From a bacterium (lineage in GTDB: Bacteria > Chloroflexota > Anaerolineae > Epilineales > Epilineaceae): a DNA stretch of 64,000 nucleotides. Position 1 is the stretch's first letter, and every line of letters begins with the position of its first letter. The DNA is taken from the NCBI GenBank assembly GCA_003576755.1, contig QEVT01000001.1, positions 641-64,640 on the forward strand, read 5' to 3'. The notes beneath the pieces were generated by a model. The model saw only the letters and a program-made list of their open reading frames with translations. It had not been told where the DNA came from and made no database searches. The translations under genes and the position numbers were made by a program. Below are positions 57,873 through 64,000 of this stretch, piece by piece.

Positions 57873-59570
57873 ATGCCCATTCCATCCCGTCGGTCGCCAT
57901 CCTCCATCCGCCGGCGTCTCTTCGTCTCGTACGCCGTGTTGTCGTCTTTGCTCGTCACGGTCGCCACCGGCGTGCCGTTGGCGCTGTACGCGGCCCGGAT
58001 GATCCAGGCGGCCCGGTCCGAGATGATCGACCGGGGCACGACGCTCGAGAACGTTGTCGCCGCGGTCCACGATCCCACGCACCCGATCTCGCCGTCGATG
58101 CTGGCCCGGTTGGTGTACGCCGACCCGCGCATGCGCGGCCGCTCCCGCCCGCTGCTCATCGTCGACAACATCGGCCGCCCGATCTTCGCCCTGTACGCGC
58201 CTCCGCAGCGCACGGGACGCCAGTCGACCACGCTCGCCGTGGTGGGGCAGCCGACCGCCCCGGCCGCCCCGGACGCCGACGCCGGCATGGCGGTCGGAAC
58301 CACGGGGCAGGCCCTGCTCCGCCGACCGACCTACCCCCCCGGCAGCCGCCTGCCGCCGCTGCCGCGCGACCGGGCGGGGCGACCGCGCATCGGCGACATC
58401 CAGACCGCCGACGGCGTGCGACTGTCGTACGTCACCGTGCCGTTGCCGGTGAACATCGACACGACATCCGTCGATCCGTCGTGGCTGGCCGCACCGCCTG
58501 AGCCGCCGTTGCACCTGGCCTACGTCCGGCCGCGGGCCGAGATGCGCGACCTGTGGTGGCCGTTGGTGCCGTCGGCCGCGCTGACCGGGTCGTTCGCCCT
58601 GGTGCTCGCCGGGTTGCTGGCCTACGTGCTGGCGCGGTCGATCACCCGTCCGATCGAGGCCGTCACGCGCGCCAGCGAGCGGGTGGCCGCAGGGGACTAC
58701 GGCGCGCGCGTCGCGACGGGTGGCACCGACGAGCTTGACCGCCTCGCCGCGGCGTTCAACCGCATGGCGGCCGACGTGGGTGACGCTCACGAACGCCAGC
58801 GGGAGTTCGTCGTCAACGTCAGCCACGATCTGCGAACGCCGTTGACGACGCTCCGAGGGTTTGCCCGCTCGCTGGCGGACGGGACGGTGCGGACCGAGGC
58901 CCAGCGCGCCCGGGCGGTCGAGGCCATCGAGAGCGCCGGCGCGCGGATGCACGAGATGGTCGAGTCGCTCATCGACCTGGCGCGCCTCGACGCACAGCGC
59001 GGCGGGATGCGGCAGCAGGCGGTGCCCGCGACACACCTGCTCGAACGGGTGCGGGCCGCCCACGCAGCCGCCGCCGAGGAGGCCGGGGTCACCGTGACGG
59101 TCGACGCTTCGGACGACGCGGTGCTCTGGGTCGACCCGGTGTGGATGGAGCGGGCCGTCGGCAACCTTCTGGACAACGCCGTCAGGCACAGCGTGCCGCG
59201 GTCCACCGTCGAGCTGTCGGTGACCCGCGCCGGCGACACCGGTGCCGAGATCCGGGTTTCCGACCATGGCTCCGGGATCCCGCCGGAAGACCTGCCGCGC
59301 GTGTTCGACCGCTTCTTCCGCGGTGATCGCGCGCGGGCGACGAACGGCAGCGGTCTGGGGATGGCGATTGCCCGGGAGATCGCCGAGGGCCACGGCGGGA
59401 GCATTGCGGTCGAGAGCGCACCCGGCGTGGGCACGCGGGTGACGATCGGCCTGCCGTTGCCGTCAGGCGCCGCGGCCGTCCTGGCGCGCCACGACGGCGA
59501 TCACGCTCCCGTGCCCGGTGCGGTTGATCGCCCAGAACAGCGGCTCGACGGCGAAACGCAGGCCGGGTAG
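57873..59570 (+). CDS. Sensor histidine kinase (HAMP + HisKA + HATPase_c)
   Basis: H-box VSHDLRTPL, N-box DNAVRHS, and G boxes DHGSGI / GSGLGMAI. Two TM segments. Start trimmed to MPIPSRR. Confidence 0.85.
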   Translation: MPIPSRRSPSSIRRRLFVSYAVLSSLLVTVATGVPLALYAARMIQAARSEMIDRGTTLENVVAAVHDPTHPISPSMLARLVYADPRMRGRSRPLLIVDNIGRPIFALYAPPQRTGRQSTTLAVVGQPTAPAAPDADAGMAVGTTGQALLRRPTYPPGSRLPPLPRDRAGRPRIGDIQTADGVRLSYVTVPLPVNIDTTSVDPSWLAAPPEPPLHLAYVRPRAEMRDLWWPLVPSAALTGSFALVLAGLLAYVLARSITRPIEAVTRASERVAAGDYGARVATGGTDELDRLAAAFNRMAADVGDAHERQREFVVNVSHDLRTPLTTLRGFARSLADGTVRTEAQRARAVEAIESAGARMHEMVESLIDLARLDAQRGGMRQQAVPATHLLERVRAAHAAAAEEAGVTVTVDASDDAVLWVDPVWMERAVGNLLDNAVRHSVPRSTVELSVTRAGDTGAEIRVSDHGSGIPPEDLPRVFDRFFRGDRARATNGSGLGMAIAREIAEGHGGSIAVESAPGVGTRVTIGLPLPSGAAAVLARHDGDHAPVPGAVDRPEQRLDGETQAG

Positions 59571-60422
59571 CCGCAGCACGCGCATCAACGGACCGGCGGC
59601 GCGAGGCGCCGTCGCGCGCAGCCAGCGCTCGATGCTCAGGATGAACGTGAAGTACGACGGCATGATGCAGCGCCACGCCACCGGTGTCAGCCCGGCGCCG
59701 CGGAGCAGCGCCTCGAGCGTGGTTCGGTCGAAGACGTAGAGGTGGCGGGGGGGGTCCCAACCCTGCCAGTGGCGGCCGAACAGCCGACGGTCCGGGCTGT
59801 CCCAGTTGGGGATGTTGACCACCACGACGCCGCCGGAAGCGAGCAGCGCCGCCGCCCGTGCCAGCGCGTCGGCCGGGCTGTAGACGTGTTCGAGGACATC
59901 CCAGAACGTCACGGCGTCGAACGCGCCGTCTTCCAGCGGCGCGTCCTCGAGCCGGCCCTGGAACACGTCCAACCCGAACCGGTCGCGCGCGTAACGTGCC
60001 GCGCTCGGCGCGAGCTCGATGCCCCGCGTGTCCCATCCGGCGAGGGCCATCTCGTGCAGGAAGAGACCCGTGCTGCAGCCCACGTCCAGCACGGCGCGGC
60101 GCCCGGCACGCACGTGGTGCTCGACCAGCCGGCGCCGGTGGGCCAGCTTGCGCCGGCGCAGCCATCGCAGCACGGCCCACCGTTCGTCCTCGATGGCCGG
60201 GCGGAACGGGGCGTAGTCGGGGGGGTAGAACCGCCCGATCGCCGCGGGGGTCGGTCGCGGCCGCAGGTACATCAGGCCGCACCGCCGGCATCGGACCATC
60301 GCCGTGCCGTCGGGCGCATCGTGCGGCCAGTCGCGGTGCGTGTGGAGCGTGGCGGCGTCGTCTGCCCCGCACAGGTCGCACACCGGCGACTCGAGCTCGA
60401 GGTCCGTCGTGTTCATCGGCAT
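59463..60422 (-). CDS. Class I SAM-dependent methyltransferase with N-terminal Cys4 zinc ribbon
   Basis: CDLCG...CRRCG zinc-ribbon motifs and a SAM motif I (VLDVGCSTGLF). Start trimmed to MPMNTTD. Confidence 0.7.
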   Translation of the reverse strand: MPMNTTDLELESPVCDLCGADDAATLHTHRDWPHDAPDGTAMVRCRRCGLMYLRPRPTPAAIGRFYPPDYAPFRPAIEDERWAVLRWLRRRKLAHRRRLVEHHVRAGRRAVLDVGCSTGLFLHEMALAGWDTRGIELAPSAARYARDRFGLDVFQGRLEDAPLEDGAFDAVTFWDVLEHVYSPADALARAAALLASGGVVVVNIPNWDSPDRRLFGRHWQGWDPPRHLYVFDRTTLEALLRGAGLTPVAWRCIMPSYFTFILSIERWLRATAPRAAGPLMRVLRLPGLRFAVEPLFWAINRTGHGSVIAVVARQDGRGA

Positions 60423-60498
60423 GGCATCCTGTGGCAGGTCGCCCTCTTCGGGCCGGGCCGGTTTAGCATTCCCACCGGCGCGCGGTAATATTGCACGT

Positions 60499-61269
60499 GT
60501 GACGGGCGAAACCACAACTGCGTTGCGGGCGGACGGCCGCTCGGCCGACGCCCTGCGGCCGGTGGAGATGCTTCCCGGCTGGACCTCGACGGCGGCGGGC
60601 AGCGTGTTGATGAAGCAAGGGCGAACGTGGGTGCTGGCCACCGTGAGCGTCGAGCCACGCGTGCCGCGCTGGCGGGTTCGATCGGGCCGTGGGTGGCTGA
60701 CTGCGAGCTACAACCTGCTGCCCGGGGCGACCGCCGTCTGGACGCCCCGCGATCGCGGCGGAGCCAACGGTCGCACCCACGAGATCGAGCGCCTCGTCGG
60801 GCGCAGCTTGCGTGCGGCCATCGACGTCGATCGGTTGCCCGAGCTGACGCTCCACGTGGACTGCGACGTCCTGCAGGCCGACGGCGGAACCCGGACCGCC
60901 GCCGTCACCGCCGGTTGGCTGGCATTGGCGCTGGCCCTCGGACCGCTCGGCGCGGCGGGCCGCGTGCCAGCCGACCTGCTGTGCCAGCAGGTCGCCGCCG
61001 TCAGCGTCGGCATCGTCGATGGCCGGCCGATGCTCGACCTGTCGTACGACGAAGATGTGCGCGCAGAGACCGACATGAACGCCGTCATGACGCACGACGG
61101 GGGTTTCGTCGAGCTTCAGGGCACCGCCGAACGCCGTGTCGCGTTCTCCCGGGCGGATCTCGACGCGCTGGTGGCGCTGGCCGACGCCGGCGCGCGGTCG
61201 TTGATGGCGGTACAGACGGAGGTGCTGGATGGCGTTGAACCCTCGCCCGTCCGCGCGGCGCTGCCCTAG
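60499..61269 (+). CDS. rph: Ribonuclease PH
   Basis: ADGRSADALRPV...GSVL...GTRTAAVTAGWLALA...AVSVGIV...ETDMNAVMT; collinear with the Rph family. GTG start. Confidence 0.85.
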   Translation: MTGETTTALRADGRSADALRPVEMLPGWTSTAAGSVLMKQGRTWVLATVSVEPRVPRWRVRSGRGWLTASYNLLPGATAVWTPRDRGGANGRTHEIERLVGRSLRAAIDVDRLPELTLHVDCDVLQADGGTRTAAVTAGWLALALALGPLGAAGRVPADLLCQQVAAVSVGIVDGRPMLDLSYDEDVRAETDMNAVMTHDGGFVELQGTAERRVAFSRADLDALVALADAGARSLMAVQTEVLDGVEPSPVRAALP

Positions 61270-62542
61270 CTGCGGCTCGCGTTTGGAGGCCGAAGCGCGC
61301 GTCTGCGCGATCTGCGGCACGGCCGTGCCTTGGCGAATGACGCCGCGCGGGGTCGTGGTGGAGAGCCTGCTGGCGGTGGGCCTCGCGGCGGTGATCGTCG
61401 GCGGCCTCCTGTGGGTCCGTCGCTGGCGTGCCGTCCCGGTCTCGCCGCAAGAGGCGGTCGTGGGCGAGCTCGTCGGCGTGACGCCCACGGACATGCCGAC
61501 GCTGACGCCGGCGATCGCCGCCATCGGGACCGCTCCGGCCGCCGATCCTGGGCCGCCGGGCCATCTTGCCGCCGCCCCCGGCGACGCGGGCGTTGGATCG
61601 GCCACCCTGCCGCCGCCCGGCGAGACGCCGGCGGCGGTGGAGGCACCGCCTTCGCCGTCAGCAGCGCCTGGCGTCACCACCCACGTCATCGAGAGCGGCG
61701 ACTCGCTGTACGCGATCGCCATCGCGAACGGTATCACGCTCGACGACCTGCTGGCCGCCAACCCCGGCATGACCACCGACAGCTTCCTGGCGATTGGCCA
61801 GAGCATCAACGTTCCCGCCGATGCGGCGGAGGTCGATTCGGGCGCCGCACCACCGACCGCGTCGCCGGCGCCGACCACCGTGCTCCCCGCAGCCACGGGG
61901 TTGCCGGCCGTGCCCGTGACGCACACCATTGCCGCAGGCGACACGCTCGTGGCCCTCGCCGCCGGGAACGGTGCGACCGTCGATGACCTCGTGGCATGGA
62001 ACGGCTTGAGCGGGCCGGACGCCGTGTTGCGGGTCGGCGACGCCCTCGTGGTGCGCCCCGCCGCCACCGGGGGCGCCGTGTCGGCCAGCCCGATCGGCGG
62101 CGCGGCTGGCCTGAGACCCGAACTGGGTGAGCCGTCGGCCCTGGTCGGGGACTACCCGGCGCCCGACCTCCTCGCGCCGGGGGTGGCTGCCGTGGTCACC
62201 GACGAGGCGCCTTACCTGCGCTGGGCTTCGGTCGGGGTGCTGCCCGAAGACGTGTACTACGTGGTGATGGCGCGTGCGGTGCCCGACGACGTCGATGCCG
62301 CCGGTGCCAACCCGCCGCCGCCCGTCGACCTCGACGACGTCGAGGTGATCTGGGCGCTCAACAACATCACGGCGGTTCGCGTGCCATCGCGGTTCCGCCC
62401 GGCGTTTGGCGCCGAAGAGCGGATCCAGTGGGCGGTGTCGATCCGTCGGCGGGCCGACGGGCTCCTCGCCGATGGTGTCGGCAAGGCGCTGAGCGTGTAC
62501 TCCCCGTGGCGGACGTTCACGTGGGCGCCCGGCGGCGGGTGA
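61229..62542 (+). CDS. LysM-domain membrane-anchored protein with N-terminal zinc ribbon
   Basis: CPSCGS...CAICGT motifs, one TM helix, and two LysM domains (HVIESGDSLYAIAIANGITLDDL; HTIAAGDTLVALAAGNGATVDDL). GGAGG RBS. The start overlaps the rph 3' end by 41 nt. Confidence 0.7.
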   Translation: MALNPRPSARRCPSCGSRLEAEARVCAICGTAVPWRMTPRGVVVESLLAVGLAAVIVGGLLWVRRWRAVPVSPQEAVVGELVGVTPTDMPTLTPAIAAIGTAPAADPGPPGHLAAAPGDAGVGSATLPPPGETPAAVEAPPSPSAAPGVTTHVIESGDSLYAIAIANGITLDDLLAANPGMTTDSFLAIGQSINVPADAAEVDSGAAPPTASPAPTTVLPAATGLPAVPVTHTIAAGDTLVALAAGNGATVDDLVAWNGLSGPDAVLRVGDALVVRPAATGGAVSASPIGGAAGLRPELGEPSALVGDYPAPDLLAPGVAAVVTDEAPYLRWASVGVLPEDVYYVVMARAVPDDVDAAGANPPPPVDLDDVEVIWALNNITAVRVPSRFRPAFGAEERIQWAVSIRRRADGLLADGVGKALSVYSPWRTFTWAPGGG

Positions 62543-62595
62543 CGCGGCGCGGTTCGCGCCCGCGAAACGGCGCGCCTCCGGCGGGTGGCGGCCTC

Positions 62596-63003
62596 TCAGC
62601 CGTCGCGCAGCCAGGCCCCCAAGGCGTCCCACCGCGACGGCGGCGACGGCGACGGGGCCGGTGACGGCGTCGGCGTCGCGGCGACGCCGACGATCACGCG
62701 ATCGCCCGGCCTTGCCCACCCGTGATCGCGGGCCCACCGCTCGGCGGCTGCGTTCCCCGCGGCGTCGGCGCGCGCCGTCTCGACGGCGTCGACCTCGGCG
62801 TGCAAGGCGGCCACGTCGGTCGCCAGCCGGTCGGCGGTGACAGCGCTCTGGCGGACCGACCAGGCCAGGCTGGCCAACCGGACGACGTAGACGCCGGCCA
62901 GCGTGAGGACAACGACGGCCACGATGCGGTGCCGACCCCGGCGTCGGGGCGCGGAACGGTCGGCGGGGCCCGCCGGCGGCCGTGGATCGGGGGAGCGGTT
63001 CAT
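62596..63003 (-). CDS. Septum formation initiator (FtsB/DivIC-like) protein
   Basis: A TM helix, a coiled-coil segment, and a C-terminal ...RWARDHGWARPGDRVIV resembling the FtsB family tail. ATGA overlap with the upstream gene. Confidence 0.5.
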   Translation of the reverse strand: MNRSPDPRPPAGPADRSAPRRRGRHRIVAVVVLTLAGVYVVRLASLAWSVRQSAVTADRLATDVAALHAEVDAVETARADAAGNAAAERWARDHGWARPGDRVIVGVAATPTPSPAPSPSPPSRWDALGAWLRDG

Positions 63004-64000
63004 CGACGGTCGCTGGCTTCGCCGAAGACCCGTTCGACCCGTACGAACCAGCTCGGCAGCGTCGCGAATCGATCGGCCGGTTCCACCACGAGCGCCGGCA
63101 GCTGGATGCCGCCGACGTTGTCGTCCACCACCGCGTAGTTGTACACCGGATGCCAAAGCACCAATGCCGGCTGCTCCGCGGCGAAGATGCGCTGGAACTC
63201 CGCGTAGAGCTGGCGGCGCCGCTCGTGATCGTTGACCGGGTGGGCCTGGCGGGCCTCGACGAGAATGCGGTCGGCGTCGGTGTTCTTGAATCCGGCGTAG
63301 TTCTGGCCCGGGAAGTCGGCCTGGGAGGAATGCCACAGCGCGTAGGGATCGGGGTCGTAGTCGCGCAGGTCCCAGCTGAACAGCAGGGCGGAGTACGACC
63401 GGTTGCGCAGCGTCGATGCGAGGTCGGACGGCCCGATCGGAAGGATCTCCGCCGCCACGCCGATCTGCTGCCAGTCTTCCCGGAGGCGCTCGGCGATGGC
63501 CAGCATCACCGGATCGTCGCCCTTGACGCTCAACCCGAAGCTGAGCGGCTGCCCGTCGCGATCGCGGACGCCGTCGCCCTCGCTGTCGATCCAGCCGGCC
63601 TCGTCGAGCATGCGCCGGGCCTGCTCGGGGTCGTGGATGGGCGTGCCGAGCCCGGCGAAGTACGCCCATGATCCCGGTGCGATGGGGCCGGCGGCGGGGA
63701 CGGCCTGCCCGTCGAGCAAGGCGGGGTCGTCGATGATGCGCTGGCGGTCGAGCGCCATGGCCAGCGCCTGCCGCACCGTCTTGTTGGTGAACGGCTCGAC
63801 CGGGCTGAGGTAAACCAGCGTGTAGCCGGTCTTGATCGCAGAGAAGAACTGGATCGGCGTCTCGCTTCCCAGCCGTGACAGCACCTTGGTCGGCACCCAG
63901 CCCAGCCCTTGGGCCGAGCGCTGTCCGAGCGCCTCGAGGGCCAGCTCGCGATTCGGATAGTGCTGGAACACGATGCTGTCGAGGTAGGGCTGCCCCTCGG
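63000..64000 (-). CDS. ABC transporter substrate-binding protein, family 5 (C-terminal part; gene continues beyond the window end)
   Basis: SBP family-5-like C-terminal region. The ORF is open to the window edge. Confidence 0.65.
   Translation of the reverse strand, partial: EGQPYLDSIVFQHYPNRELALEALGQRSAQGLGWVPTKVLSRLGSETPIQFFSAIKTGYTLVYLSPVEPFTNKTVRQALAMALDRQRIIDDPALLDGQAVPAAGPIAPGSWAYFAGLGTPIHDPEQARRMLDEAGWIDSEGDGVRDRDGQPLSFGLSVKGDDPVMLAIAERLREDWQQIGVAAEILPIGPSDLASTLRNRSYSALLFSWDLRDYDPDPYALWHSSQADFPGQNYAGFKNTDADRILVEARQAHPVNDHERRRQLYAEFQRIFAAEQPALVLWHPVYNYAVVDDNVGGIQLPALVVEPADRFATLPSWFVRVERVFGEASDRR

Overview
This is a high-GC (roughly 70%) bacterial chromosomal window, and most high-GC reading frames stay open on both strands, so many six-frame ORFs here are spurious. 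I called genes from recognisable protein motifs, plausible start codons with ribosome-binding sites, and gene-to-gene spacing. Gene content and architecture suggest a monoderm, high-GC lineage such as Chloroflexi or Actinobacteria, but this is a weak inference.

Main contents, in order along the window:
- **1412-6412:** a PrsW-like membrane protease, a MinD/ParA-type ATPase, a small 4xCxxC zinc-ribbon protein, a possible winged-helix protein, a cNMP-binding protein, a membrane protein containing an NHLP-like domain, and an ECF sigma factor. The MinD/ParA ATPase through the cNMP-binding protein form a tightly spaced, operon-like, uncharacterised module.
- **6723-9560:** a P-type cation ATPase.
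- **9570-15693 (minus strand):** a two-gene candidate novel system. A 1576-aa STAND NTPase (NACHT-type ATPase, then HEAT repeats, then a second P-loop ATPase module) is followed 28 nt downstream by a regulator made of a paralogous ATPase module fused to an OmpR-type winged-helix DNA-binding domain. It sits divergent from the pilus locus below.
- **16232-24795:** a complete secretin-less tad/Flp pilus locus (tadZ/cpaE, cpaB, tadA/cpaF, tadB, tadC, two flp pilins, prepilin peptidase, three tadE-like pseudopilins).
- **24927-36049:** a Crp/Fnr regulator, a ferredoxin, PhzF, HutI, a flavin reductase, mevalonate-pathway genes (mevalonate kinase, isopentenyl phosphate kinase, an MVD-family decarboxylase, which together suggest the alternative mevalonate route), and a fused E1 alpha-beta 2-oxoacid dehydrogenase.
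- **36265-38787:** clpB.
- **39015-54241:** a block of secreted proteins. It includes four tandem paralogs, a large S8 protease fused to two CAP domains, proteins sharing an unassigned repeated beta-module, and a GH3 hydrolase.
- **54293-64000:** a Ser/Thr kinase, a TPR protein, an OmpR-type response regulator with its histidine kinase, a methyltransferase, rph, a LysM protein, an FtsB-like protein and a partial family-5 substrate-binding protein.

I also found several hairpin terminators, promoter-like hexamers and one structured intergenic element. No rRNA, tRNA, CRISPR array or obvious mobile element was seen.
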